In this document: piece after piece, positions 14,220 to 28,225 of the stretch
Position numbering within the stretch: position 1 is the first letter of the stretch
Layout: every line of letters begins with the position of its first letter
NCBI GenBank assembly: GCA_951406725.2
Contig: OX597822.1
Location: 60,884,001 to 60,948,000 of the forward strand
DNA: 64,000 nucleotides
Source of the DNA: Octopus vulgaris
Taxonomy: Eukaryota
Reading direction: 5' to 3'
Notes under the pieces: model-generated
Databases searched by the model: none
The model's input: the letters and a program-made list of their open reading frames with translations, nothing else
Told to the model about the DNA's origin: nothing
Made by a program: the position numbers and the translations under genes

Positions 14220-15202
14220 TTAAAGCATTTTATTCAAACTTACAATATTTGCATATTCAATCAAGATTTTCTGAAGCAGTTTTATAACCTAAATTCAGGG
14301 TCTGCATCAGGCAGGTGTTGTATTAAGAGTGTTGGTAATGCTTTTATCTACTAGATAGAGTGGTGTGGTTTTGTTATTTCATAACCGATTAATAACTGTG
14401 TGATTAAATATTACTCATAAACTCAATTTTAAGTATTCACATTAAGAAAACTGACAATATATGAAGTGTAGGTATATGTGTATTGCAGATGCTCAGCATG
14501 TCTCCAGTTGATTGATGTTGGATTAATTAAAAGAGTAAAGACTTGCAAAGTATAAGAATAATAATCATAGGTACTTCTATGAAGTGGTTCAAATTCCTAG
14601 AAATAGCAGCAATTTGACGAAATCAAAACATATTCTATGGACATGACCGTATCTCTTGAGGCCTGCTGGTGCCTTGCAAATCTTTTGGTAAAGGGAACAA
14701 GTTGAAGACTTGGTTTGCTCAAGTACTTGTGGATCATTTACTATGTGTTTTCTTGAGTGGACAGCAAGGATTGCTTTGCCTCATGCCACAATTACAGGTA
14801 AGGTTTTTCATTTAGAGGAGCAGCATTTTGCCAGCGTGCCTTCATGCTTGCACAAAGTTGAAGTCAACTTTGCTCAAACCTTTGAACTGAGGAGGAGCAG
14901 GACTGGTGCCAAGTCCTGCATTCTGATGCTTTGTTTTCCCAGAAATAAAAAGGGAATGTGTACACACATACACACACAAATGTAATGCCATGCATGCATA
15001 GCTGTCTCATGCAAGCAAGTATAATTTAATAGTAAGTACCATACTATCAATAATTGTTTTAGGTTCCAATGCCAAAATAATTACTCTTTCAATCTACTCA
15101 CCCTCAACATTAGAGATATGACAGCTATATATATAAATTAACAGAATGAGATAAAAAAAATCCAAAGCTGTGAATAGTTTTCAGAACATTTACAATGAAA
15201 AG

Positions 15203-15250
15203 ATCTTACAGCTGTTTCAGGGATATTTAATATATCCCATCATCAGAGAC
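15203..15250 (-). ncRNA. Type I minimal hammerhead ribozyme-like motif
   Basis: Minus strand GUCU-CUGAUGA-UGGGAUAU(AUUAA)AUAUCCCU-GAAAC-AGCU-GUA-AGAU: both core boxes, 7-bp stem II, palindromic stem III, GUA cleavage triplet. Confidence 0.7.
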
Positions 15251-15642
15251 GGTGCAAGAAAATGTTTAAGCAATAGTTATTATAGAGATATGAAATACAG
15301 AGTGAAATGGAGGAATGAAAACAGACGAGAGATATGTAAGGATATTGTATTTGCAGTTCCATTATTTAAGCAGAATGGTGTATATATAAGTTTCCTGTAC
15401 CTTGTGTGTGAGTTCCAAAGAGAGAGGGAGTTGCATTAGCATTTGGCTAGTACACATTTTCAGCTGAGTAGACTGGAGTAACAAGAAATTAAGTGTACTG
15501 CCCAAGGACACAATGCACCACCTGGACCAGGAATTGAATCCATGACCTTATCAGCATGACCTGTCACATTCATATATTGAAAGAGGTGTGTGTATATTAG
15601 GTTAGAGTTCACAAAAATCACCTTAGCACCAGCATGCATATC

Positions 15643-15677
<35 letters not shown>

Positions 15678-16653
15678 CAATAAGAAAATGGAGGGGATCA
15701 ATAGGTGGTTCATCAACTTTTAGACATTATATTATGTCAACTTATTTATTTACTAAAATGACAATTACAAGAATATACATACATATATATCATATAAAAA
15801 TATATTGATATATAAAGATACCAGTAAATTTATATTCCTGTATGTTTGTTTTAATAATTACTGGTATTTTTATATGTAAAGCATTATGTTATACATATAC
15901 AATAATGGAACTGCAAATACAATATCCTTACATATCTCTAGTCTGTTTTCATTCCTCCACTTCTCACACATGTCTGATTCCTCTTACATTTAGTCCCTTC
16001 TCTTAGCTCATTTATGTTGTTTCAATATTATACATCCAGTTGAGCATGCTCACTTCATTCATTTCTAATCTTTTCAAATTTTTCACAATTATGGGATATA
16101 CCCCACTACCCTGCAGTATCACATTCCATACACAACCATCATACAATCTGCCCTTCACTCTGAGAAACCCTTTCTTACTAGTCCTCACTAGTACAGCAGA
16201 GATGAACCTTTCTCTCATGTACTATCATAGCTTGCAATTAGGAATTGGTATCAAATTTTTACCTGTGATATTTCCATCTTGCAGATGCTTATTAATTCAG
16301 TAATGATGCATGTAGACCTTATCAGAAGCAAAGCAGTAAACAGAAAATGTGTTAATAGGCTATCTCAAACCAAACATGGAACTAATGAAAATATTGAGTC
16401 GTCTGTGGACCCACTGAATTTAACCTAATTAATAAAGCAATACGACCTCCATTACAAAAACCAAGTTGCTAGAATGCTCTAACAGCATCAAATGTATCAA
16501 GATGCAGGACTCACTATCTGTATAATTGTGTAAGTTATATATGACGATTATTTTCTTTAATATTTTATTATAGTATTTTCATCATTGAATCAAATTTTGA
16601 AAAAAATTCAATTCAACTGCCCTGAAGATATCCAATAAATATAAGATTTTTAA

Positions 16654-17004
16654 TCTTTATATATAAAGCTGAAGTTGTCTGTGTGTGGCAGGTTTGGTAG
16701 CCTTCAACTAACACCATCTCCTCCGAGACCCTGCGGCACAAGTTGACCAAAATTGAGAGTATGATAGAAGGAGGATTGCTCTTCATTCCGTAGAAGAAAA
16801 AATTCAAATCGGACCATGTTAACACCAAAAATTATTTACATCAAAAAGGTGCTTTTTTTCGATGAAAATCCCCTATTTTTTACGATTTGTTGGTGTATTT
16901 CAACCAGAAAAATGTTCACTTAAAGAGTATAACAAGCTACATAATGCAAATTATAAAGGGTTGAAAAGAAAACAAACCCGAGCAACACTGGGCTATACTA
17001 CTAG
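16654..17004 (+). mobile_element. Non-autonomous Helitron
   Basis: A|TCTTTATATATAAAG start; 3' hairpin CCCGAGCAACACTGGG followed by CTAG|T; no TSD. Confidence 0.8.
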
Positions 17005-17691
17005 TTTATACATAAATGTGAATGTTTTGTCACAAATTTTAGTAATACAATTTTACATAAAATCATTCATTTTTTGCCTTTTTACTTCTATGTAGAGAAT
17101 ATTTCAAAAAGTCATCTCAATATTTTCCTCGTTTATATTTACATATGTGGCTGGTGAATGAGAATAGTTCTTCACATTTGCAAGATTTTATTACTTTGTA
17201 TTACTACTAATAATTAATGAGCTTATGGCGAATGACTTATAACATGAATAGGCCTTTCTTCAGGGTGCAGTTGTGGATTATATGACAAGAATGATTACCA
17301 GCTGATAATTTTTCCCTCCACTCTACTTCCAGCTGTGAGAAACTGGTTACTCATATTTCACACTGATAAAAGTTATATTTTCTGCCCAATATGTATTCAA
17401 CTGTGGATTACAAGAGAAGATTTATTTCACACTGAAATATTCCCCATATATTTCACATTAATATAGCTCTTTTTTTCTTTATTTTGAATGTGTTCATTTA
17501 TTAACTAGAAGTTAATAAATTCACAAATAAGAATTTAAGCATTTTAGTGAAAGAGTTTCTCTCAAATGAAAGCATATTTATAGACTACAAGATGAAAATT
17601 TGAAGGGAATGATTTCAAAAATATTTCACCAAGATGGTCTCCAATGCATACTTGACGGACTATAAATTCAGATTTGTAAGAGAAAGTTTTT

Positions 17692-19266
17692 TCACATTTC
17701 ACAGTTAAAAGGTTCCGCTCTAGTATGTATTTTTTTGTGTGTTTTTAAGTAACCATTAGAAACAAATGATTTCTCACATATTTCACAACGGAATGGTTTT
17801 TCTCCAGTATGACTACGTATGTGGATAACAAGATTTGATTTATTAACAAAAGACTTTCCACATATTTCACACTGGTATGGTTTTTCTCCAGAGTGCATTC
17901 TTTTGTGTGTTGTCAACTGACCATTGGTACTAAACGATTTCACACACATCCCACAGTGGAACGGTTTCTCCCCAGTATGTGTTCGTTTATGTATTTGCAA
18001 GAGACCATTCGATATAAAAGTTTTCCCACATATTTCACAATGATATGGTTTGTCCCCAGTGTGTGTTACTCTGTGTGTTTTTAGGAGACCATTTGTCACA
18101 AAGGATTTCCCACATATTTCACACCCAAAAGGTTTCTCTCCCGTATGAATTCTTCTGTGAGTTGCTAAATAACTACTAGAGACAAAAAATTTCCTACATA
18201 TTTCACAATAATATGGCTTTTCACCCGTGTGTATTCGTTTGTGTCTTGTTAAATCGCTACTGCTGATAAAAGATTTCCCACAGGTTTCACAGCACTGTAG
18301 TTGTTCCCCGGTGTGACTACGAGTGTGAACTGTAAGCTTAGAATTCGAGATAAAAGATCTCCCGCATATTTCACAGCGATACGGCTGTTCTCCCGTGTGA
18401 CAGCGTATGTGCAATGTAAGCTTGGAATTCGTGACGAAAGATTTCCCACACACTTCACAGCGGTACGGTTTTTCTCCCGTGTGTAATCTTTTGTGAAGCA
18501 CAAGACTAGATTTAACAGTAAATGATTTCCCGCATATTTCACAGCTAAACGGATTTTCTCCCGTGTGAATCCTTCTGTGTGTTTTTAAAAGATCGTTAGT
18601 AATGAACGATTTAGCACACGTTTCACAGTTGTAAGGTTTTTCTCCGGTGTGTCTACGTTTATGGATAACAAGATTCGAATTCTTAGCAAAAAATTTCCCA
18701 CATATTTCACAACGGTGTAGTTTTTCTCCCGTGTGTATTCGTACGTGTGCCGTCAACTTACTGTTAGTGGTAAATGATTTTCTGCATATTTCACAATTAT
18801 AAGGTTTTTCCCCCGTGTGTATTTTTTTGTGCCGGGTTAAATCACTATTATTAGCAAAAGATTTCCCACATATTTCACAGGAATAAGGTCTTTCGCCAGT
18901 ATGTATTCGTTTGTGAGTTGTTAAATTACTATTCTGGACAAAGGATCTCCCGCATGTCCCACAGTGGAAAGGTTTCTCTCCAGAGTGTACCCTTTTGTGA
19001 CTGGTTAAATTACTGTTATATAGAAAAGATTTTCCACATATTTCACAGTGATAAGGTTTTTCTCTGTTATGAATTTCGTTGTGAGTAAAGGTTTCATGTT
19101 CTGAAGAGAACACTTTTTTACAAATCTCAAGACGATATTCAGGAGTATTTCTGCATAATGTTCTCTGTTTAGTAAATGTTGCACTACGTAAAGGTTTTTC
19201 ATCGCTGTTTATCTGTATAACTGTATCTACACTGGTAGAAACGGTTGTGTGATTAACATCTTCCAT
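17692..19266 (-). CDS. C2H2 zinc-finger protein, subfamily B, 16 fingers
   Basis: 524-aa ORF starting MEDVNH, tandem CEICGKSF fingers with TGEKP linkers; decayed finger-like sequence continues past the stop (about 17100-17690). Confidence 0.93.
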   Translation of the reverse strand: MEDVNHTTVSTSVDTVIQINSDEKPLRSATFTKQRTLCRNTPEYRLEICKKVFSSEHETFTHNEIHNREKPYHCEICGKSFLYNSNLTSHKRVHSGEKPFHCGTCGRSFVQNSNLTTHKRIHTGERPYSCEICGKSFANNSDLTRHKKIHTGEKPYNCEICRKSFTTNSKLTAHVRIHTGEKLHRCEICGKFFAKNSNLVIHKRRHTGEKPYNCETCAKSFITNDLLKTHRRIHTGENPFSCEICGKSFTVKSSLVLHKRLHTGEKPYRCEVCGKSFVTNSKLTLHIRCHTGEQPYRCEICGRSFISNSKLTVHTRSHTGEQLQCCETCGKSFISSSDLTRHKRIHTGEKPYYCEICRKFFVSSSYLATHRRIHTGEKPFGCEICGKSFVTNGLLKTHRVTHTGDKPYHCEICGKTFISNGLLQIHKRTHTGEKPFHCGMCVKSFSTNGQLTTHKRMHSGEKPYQCEICGKSFVNKSNLVIHIRSHTGEKPFRCEICEKSFVSNGYLKTHKKIHTRAEPFNCEM

Positions 19267-20637
19267 ATTTATATCCGCTTAAGATCCAAGAGATGCCTGA
19301 ATATATATAATCAATTATGGTTCAGTTTTTTTCTTCCATATCATGGGACTCTGTTAACATGTGTGAAAAAAATTAGGTTTAGATATTTTTTTTTTACTAT
19401 TTTACCACCAGAACGCTCGTTGCGGAATGGGTCCTCCCAAAGAGATGAACATCTTGTAATCGAAAAAGATATTTCTAGTTTAATTTTAAGAGAGATAAGG
19501 ACCAGGAAAGCTAATCGCTTAATTGTTGAGTTTAAATCCAATTTTCTTTGTCCCATTAAAGCTGTTTCGGATGAAATCATAAAAGAGTGGAACACCGACT
19601 TTGAAACATGTAGGTTATTCCTAAATGTTAGAGTTCATCCTAACATGAGATAGTCGCTACACAAATATACACAGATCAGTTGAAGTTATAAAGATTAATA
19701 AATTACTGATGCGATAACAGCATTTTTTTCAATGCTATTTCATACTATAAGAGTACGAAGTAGGCGGTGTCATTGGCAATATGATACCGGTGACATACGT
19801 TAAATGTACCTAATAAAAAATACAGCTTCTTGATAGGGCCAAATCGTAATCACCGTTGTTGAAAACATAGGAATCTGAAGAAATTCTTGGAAAAATAAAA
19901 ATAACAGAGGTAGATCCTTTGTATTTTAGATAGAATCTTTACGTGACATATGGTGGAGGCAAAAAAGTTTGACAAATTAAAGGTTTATGAAATCAAAAGG
20001 ATATATGAAGATATATTGCTGCGTAAGGTAACTATTTCGAAGGGGATGATGTTTGTCTGAAGTTTGAAAGTGTTTAGATACAAAAAATAATTTTAAAAAT
20101 CTGTCGGCCAAAAGCTAATGATCCCGTGTGGTGTTTATGGTGTTATGGGCTGTGATGAGCTATTTGGTGTTGGTGGAGAGAATTGCAGATGAGGTAAACG
20201 AAAGTGAAGACTCCGGGGTCCAGCGGAAGAGCCACGGGGGTATGCGTGGGCAAAAAGCACAAGCGAGCAGTTGGACGAAAGACGGCAGCGTGCAAGGGCG
20301 TGGCTTTTCTAGACACTGATCACTCATCCCGCCTAGGTCAACGGGTAAGGTCTCTGTATTTCTTTCTACCTTTTGCTTGTTCCTCTGTGTGTGCGTGCGT
20401 GCTTGCTTGTTCTTCTGTTTATGTGTGTCTGTTCTGTTTTGTTTTTTTTGTATTTATTAATTGTGGAATATAGAAATAACACACAGAGGAACAAACAAGA
20501 ATAAGCACACACGCACAACCCATTAGCTTCCCAATTGATAATTGGCAAGAGAACATGTGGTCACGGAAATGACCGATTCAGTGTTTACATTATTTCGAGT
20601 TAAAACGAAAGATTGCCTTACTTGGCTTTAAAAAAAA

Positions 20638-21178
20638 TGGCGATGCTTCGGTATAGGTACACACGTGACTTTGTTTACATTTCTGAAGAAAACAGAAACC
20701 CTTTTCTCCCACCTCTAACCCTAACCCTAATTCCCCATATATAAAAAAAACACTTTCTTGAAATGTATTCCGGTACATATAGCGGCGAGGTCACGCCAAA
20801 AAAATAATTTACTTTGTGTAAAAATTTTTTAATTTAAAAAAAAAACATCTGGCGATGCTTCCGTATATGTACCGGTGTACTTCCGGAAGTAGCGGTACAT
20901 TTCAAAAAAGTGTTTTTTTTTCATATATTGGGGGGGGGGGGGTATGTGGCGATGCTTCGGTATATGTACACACGTGACTTTGTTTACATTTCTGAAGAAA
21001 ACAGTAACCCTTTTCTCCCACCCCTAACCCTAACACAAACCCTAATTCTAACCTTAAATCCCCATATATATATAAAAAAACACTTTTTTGAAATGTACAC
21101 CGGTACATATACCGAAGCATCGCCAACCATCTATTAATTTGCATACGCGCACCGGGACCACACTTCTTAAATAGTACC
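20638..21178. mobile_element. Cluster of nested TIR elements (GGCGATGCTTCGGTATATGTAC termini) with CCCTAA motifs, plus a MULE-like terminus
   Basis: TIR copies at about 20639, 20851, 20948 and inverted at 21101-21124; 21150-21178 matches the terminus of the 38250-41220 element. Confidence 0.65.
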
Positions 21179-21945
21179 AGAAATTGTGCTGGAGGCGTGT
21201 AGGGAATAAGTGATAATAAGTGAGCGAAAACTAAGACTGCATTCTAAGAGACAGCAAAAGAAATAAAGGACGACAAGTATTGTTTAGATTTGGGAAACAC
21301 AATATTGAAATTTTGGAGAAATACAAGGAGAGCCTTTAATCAGCAATTGCTTTTTTGGTTGATTGTATAATAATATGACAACTAGAATCATAAAATAGCC
21401 TTTACCGTACTTGCCGATTACTAATGACTGAATGATGATGTAGGTAAATATTTATTTAAACCATGGACACAAAACATTTAAATTATTTTCATCACCAGAT
21501 GTTCTGGTAGAAAATTAGAGAAAAGCGACGTAATTTATTTTCGATAGCGACAGTAAAATTTTATTTAGTAAAACACCGAAACGACGAAATATACATGGCT
21601 TTTGTATATTCACAGCTACAACAATGTATGTAATAATGCAGATTATTCCCTAGAGTTTCATTTGCATTTTAGTAGCTTTGATCATCCAATTTTTCTTCGG
21701 TTTATAGTCAGCAAATTTAATTTTACATACTATTTTTTCACCTCCTGCACGAGACAAAAATAAACAAATATATGTAAGATGTTAATTAAGACTAGATTTG
21801 TTGCTTCGTTTACCACACAACTTGTGATGGTATTAGAATTTTTTAAATTATGAAATGGACAATTATAAGTTGTTTGAGTATTTACCCAATTTTCTAAGCC
21901 ATCATCAGAGCCTTCCTGCATTTGAGACATTCTTTTATTTTCTAT

Positions 21946-21949
<4 letters not shown>

Positions 21950-21993
<44 letters not shown>
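21950..21993. repeat. (TA)n microsatellite
   Basis: direct reading. Confidence 0.9.
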
Positions 21994-21996
<3 letters not shown>

Positions 21997-22057
21997 TGCT
22001 TGACTAGTCACCTAACAAGTACAGACAGGGGGCAGATCTAATGTAGCTATAAGTCGT

Positions 22058-22285
22058 GATTGGGCAGAATCTGGATGACGTCCCGTTCTGCTTGACTAAC
22101 GAAACGACTGGTCAAAACAGGAAACAAACAAGAGGCAGTTATAATGCAGCGATTGGTCAAAATAATGATGACGTCCCGTTCTACTTGACTAACGAAGTGA
22201 CTGGTCAAAACAGGAAACAAACAAGTGGCAGTTATAATGCAGCGATTGGTCAAAATAATGATGACGTCCCGTTCTACTTGACTAA
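22058..22285 (+). repeat. 93-bp tandem repeat, about 2.4 copies
   Basis: Units start at 22058, 22151 and 22244 (GATTGG...GATGACGTCCCGTTCT...CAGGAAAC...GCAGC). Confidence 0.9.
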
Positions 22286-22299
22286 AGCCACCTAACGAA

Positions 22300-22442
22300 A
22301 CGATTGGTCAAAACGTTGATGACGTCACGCTACGCTGGATTGACCACCTAACAGGCATTATAAAACCGAGCACTTCACAAAAACTCACTAGAACCACCCA
22401 GCGAACATCCACCATGGGTCATCACAATTGCTTAAGGTAAAA
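22300..22442 (+). promoter_or_regulatory. Candidate Pol II promoter / first exon
   Basis: ATTGG, TGACGTCA (22320-27), TATAAAA (22359-65), CCACCATGG (ATG 22414), AAG|GTAA donor-like site at 22437. Confidence 0.45.
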
Positions 22443-22803
22443 ATGAATTCCTCGCTCTTTCGGAAACATCAATCTTCTGTATTGACCGCTTTCCACCACT
22501 TTGATCTGTTTTTTGTATTGAATACGTATCACCACCGTGGGCCACTGCATCGAACACTTTGAACATATACTTCAAACTATATATCAACTATACATGAACT
22601 ATATATCAACTATACATGAACTCTAAGATGTCTGACTCCGTTGTGTATTATAAATGAATTTCTTGTGTTTGACGGCATGAGCTGTCTTTTTTTATATATA
22701 ACTTTTTTTGATAAGGTTCATTTCAGGAACTGAAACATGTTATAATGTATATATAAAAATTAAAAATTGTATAATACAGCAGCATTTTCGAACTTCATTT
22801 TTT

Positions 22804-22845
<42 letters not shown>

Positions 22846-23929
22846 GGCGAAACTTTCATATTTACATATATACATGCGTGTATGTCTTGACATCACATGA
22901 TGGTTGTAAACAAACCTCACTATCATGCAAGTAATGTTGTTTTTTCCAGTCTTCCCTGAAAAACATGTTTGGCCATGAGGAAATATTACCTTACTTGGAA
23001 ACAGGGGAGTTAGTGAGTGGAAGGATATCTGTCTGTAGAAAACCTGCCTCAACAAATTCCGTTTGATCTACGCAAGTATAGAAAAGTGGATGTTAAGACA
23101 ATCATGGTGATAATGAACTGTATCCAATACCTGAGTGTTTTGTGTCTGTCTTCATCTACTTAAAAGAGAGAGAGACACAAGAAAATGGAGTCCTTGATAT
23201 ATAATGCGCATGAGAAGTGATGGTCTTCACCTTGGATTTAACAAAAGCAAAAACACAAAGGCAAATGATGTTTCTGAATATGCACAGATAATTATCATTT
23301 CTTATTTAGTAGTTTAACTTATATAATGTTAAACAATCTGAAGCTATGGCTATAATTTACAAGTATATGTAGACTTCGCACATGGCTGTATGATGTAATT
23401 TTTATAATAAATTGATGAATAGGATTCAATTGGTTAGGTGAAATTATATACCTACAGTTTATCAGAATAGAAAGATAGTAAGACTTACACTATTATCTCT
23501 TTATTTTTTAAGTATCCTCTGTATCATATTCTGTTTTTATTTTACTATTTCAGAATACCAAATGAAGTTGGCATATTATTATGGAAAGGCTTAAGGAAGA
23601 TGCTATACCAAACTTAAGCAACTTTGTTTATTTAAATTCATGGTAGAATTCCTGTAGAATATTTACTTGAACTGACATTAAAAGTAAAATTTCCCAACTT
23701 TTGCTGCCTGAAAAAGTAATAGATGATTTGAGATTCTAATGAAACTTGAGAAAACTTTACAAAGGAAATCACAGTGTCTTCAGATATTGACAAAGATATC
23801 AGTTGATGGAAGTATATCAGCAGAAATATTTGTACTGGTCAAAATATAAAAGTAAAAAGAAGAAAAATATCCTTGTATTGTGGTGAAAAAAGTAAAAGTA
23901 TAGAAAAATGATTTATGAGAGGAACTTAA

Positions 23930-24745
<816 letters not shown>

Positions 24746-26689
24746 AACCATATAACTATTGTGTTAAGTCAGATTCTCTCTCAAAAATAAAAATGCATAA
24801 ATAAACTACACAGAAATATATCAAATTTTGTTCTATGAAACAAATATGATTCACAATAAATGCATCCAGTTGGGAATGAACATGTAACAGTATAACTACT
24901 TTCAGATACTTTTTTTTTATATATACCAACTATATATTTGTGAGAAAACTTACCACACTGATATTATGAATAGAAATATTCTTTCAGAATACTAATATAT
25001 ATTGCATCTAACATATTTCCAGAAGAGAAATAAAATACTATTTATTTATTTGAGATTGTAGGTAAATTCTTTGAGAAATATATAATGATATAAACATATT
25101 AACAGTTTATTTATATTCTAGATATATATTCTTTCATGTGTCTTATATATGTTATTGTTGATACTTTGTTATGTATGTGCTCCCACAAACAAATGATTCT
25201 ATTGTATATAATTTTGTTACATAAGCATGGCTGAGTGGATGTGGTGTTTGCTGGTGACCTTGTGATTTCAGGTTTCATCTCTGTATGACATCTTTATCAA
25301 ATATCTTCTTCCAGCGCTTACACTCTGTGTCATTGTCTGAGAAAAACATGGATGTCCTGTATGCAATATCTTGTAGCTCTACACTTTCAAAGCCTTGTGA
25401 CATTAGGAAAGATGTCCAACAATAGAAACCATGTCAAAGCTGACACTGGAACCTGACACAGCTCTGTAGCTCATCAGACCCTGTCAAACTATCTTATCCA
25501 TACCAGCACGGAAAATAGACATTAAATGATGATGATGATGTAGGATTTTAAAAAGACCCTTGCTTGAAAAGCAGGAAAGAATTGACAACAGGAAGTCCAT
25601 CTAGTTGTAAAATACTGCATCAGTAAATCTCTGTCCAACCTGTGTCAGTATGGAGAAATGAATGAACAAATATTCCCTTTTATTGCAATGATTGCTTTGT
25701 GACGTGATGTCTAAGCTAAATGTTAATTTGGAAGTATCAGTGTAGCATTTAACTTAATAAAAATATTTATCCAAACTGATCTTCAATGGTTTACTTTAAA
25801 GATGTATAATTTGTGAATCATCGTCATCTTCATCAATATCCATTTTGATTGGATATTTCTGTCATACAAGTTATTGCCATGTTTTCTCAAACTTGTGTCT
25901 GCTACCCAAAATTGTGACCATATTACTCTGAAATTTAAATAAAGCTGTTTTATCCTGAAATTATTATTTTCTCATTTTATATGTAGAAGATCTAATTAAA
26001 ACTTGTACTGATCATAAATAGAATGAAGACTTGCATATTTATCCAAACTGATCTTCAATGGTTTACTTTAAAGCTGTATAATTTGTTGATGTTATTTCAT
26101 ATTAATTTTTAAATATTAGAGATTGTAAGATAATTTAGTATATTAAATGATAATAGCAGTAATGTAGTCAATAGGTTGAAAGTAGTAACCTCGAAGCAAT
26201 ATAATATGATTAATTCGTGATGCAATTAAAATGTGAAACATATTGTCTTTATGAGTGAGATATAGTCCTCTCACTTATCTAGGTGAGCTGAATTCTGAAT
26301 AAGAATAGACTTGGACTTTAATAATCCATCAAACCTATATTCGTGACCCTCTAGCCCCATCATCACAAAGACAGAGAAACTGTTCATATCAAGGAAGTAA
26401 TCTTGTACCTCACCCTCTCTAGTTTTGGACGGCATGCAGTTAAAACCTTTCAGAATCACTACAAATAATAGATCTTGCAATCTAATGAGTTTTTCCTTGT
26501 TACCTTGCATATGTACAACATAACTAAATCTGCATCTCCAAAACTGACCTTCTTTTTCAGAAACAGGAAATTCTTAATTCTGATCAGTTATTAATCTTCC
26601 ATAAAAAGACTTAATCACATCTTATATTCTTTTAGTAAAATGGAGGATAAACTTACTTGTTTTATCTATTATTATACTAATTGAATTTT

Positions 26690-27770
26690 ACACTCAGAGT
26701 AGATGAATAGCTTGTGAGAGCTGTACAAGCAATATCGAAAAGTGCAGTCAGTAAGGTGAGAGTAATGTACATAGTGATGAATTCAACATGACGGTAGGGA
26801 TACATCAGAGGTCAATCGTCTCTTCACTTCCAAACCATAACAGAAGGGTTTGAGACTTGCTACTCATGAGAATTCCTGTATATGTGACCTAGTTCTTATA
26901 GTTGAATCAATAGCAAACTTGGAAAAGAAATTCCTAACTTGAAAACAAAACCAAAGCTTCAAGATTAAAATATTAGTAAGTAAAAGAGAAGACAAAATCC
27001 TGTTACTATCAGGGGAATGGCCATGAATAGTGTATAGAAAAGGGACAGGTAAGAATTCTACATGATGCACTCAGTATAACTTACGGTTACAAGAGATGTA
27101 GAAGGATCACAAGCAGATTAACAGAGAAGGTAGACTTCATATGCAACAGGTGCACAGAGACAAAGAGTAGCAAAAGTGTGTTCAAAATAGATTCTCTCCA
27201 ATGTCTAGACTAGTTGATAGCTTCAGTTACCTTGGGAATCTAATTATTAGTAGGTTTGTTTGTTCAGAAATCTGTTTTACTGGAGGAAGAACTGTTGAGG
27301 AAAAAGTTCAGAGAGGTATTACTTCTGGAAACAAAAGGCTTTCTCTTAGAGTGAGATATGACTGTATGATGCTTGCAGATGAAGTGCAATGTCATGTAGC
27401 AGTGAGATGTAGGTCTTGAATGTAGAGGATTTGCTAAGATTAGAAATAAACGGTGCATGCTTACTCGATGTGTAATATATTTGTGTGCACAAACAACAGA
27501 GCACAAATGAGCTGAGAGAAAAGCTTAACATAAAAGGAATCAGATGTAGTGTGCAAGAGAGAAGATTGTTGGTTTGGGCATTTGATGTAAATGAAGGAGG
27601 GCGGCTGTATAAAGAAAAATTACATGCTCAAAGTAAATAGAACCTGCAGAAGGAGCAGACCAAGGAATACTTGGAACAAAGTGGTAAAAACTATCAGTCG
27701 CATTTCATCGATGAGATGGTAAAAGACTGTCGATTGGCAACAGGCTGTTTAAGAGAAGACCTGTCCATCT
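26690..27770 (+). pseudogene. Old degenerate RTE LINE fragment
   Basis: Translated pieces LVRAVQAISKSAVSKV, VDSFSYLG and ELREKLNIKGIRCSVQERRL match the RTE at 61-64 kb. Confidence 0.75.
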
Positions 27771-28225
27771 GTCTGGACATAGTGAAATGTGTTCAAATTT
27801 GTATATATATAATACATGTATATGGATGTATTCGTTTATATCTCTGGGTGTATGTACTTATGAACATATATAATCTAACACACCTATCACTCTGTCTCCC
27901 ATGTCTCTATTTCCGCTGCCTTTATCACTAATGCTTCTAGTGCTCACACCCCCTTCCAGTAATCTTGATTACTCTCCTCACTTCTATGCTGCCGATGTGA
28001 TTAAGAATAGCAGTTGATCTTTTCAGTTCACTGTACATTGCTTTCAGAGTCACGAAGGATGCCACTTAGGTAACCTTCTTTCATTCTTATCATCGCAGTT
28101 CTCTCACCATCTTGAGGTATATGCTTATGGGTCATCATCAGACATGCATATGCTCTATTTATCCTCTTCATTGGCCATGTTATATCAACAAGCACCATTT
28201 ACTGTCATCATATATCACCCAGAGG

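Noticed and set aside
19249-19653. 134-aa ORF antisense to the 5' region of the B gene
   Set aside because: Non-ATG start, no motifs; chance ORF
21885-21915. Minus-strand CTGATGATGGCTTAGAAA next to (TA)n
   Set aside because: Could not form convincing stems; at best a decayed motif
22047-22295. ORFs with 31-aa repeats; possible CRISPR-like array
   Set aside because: Result of the 93-bp tandem repeat; no unique spacers, eukaryotic context
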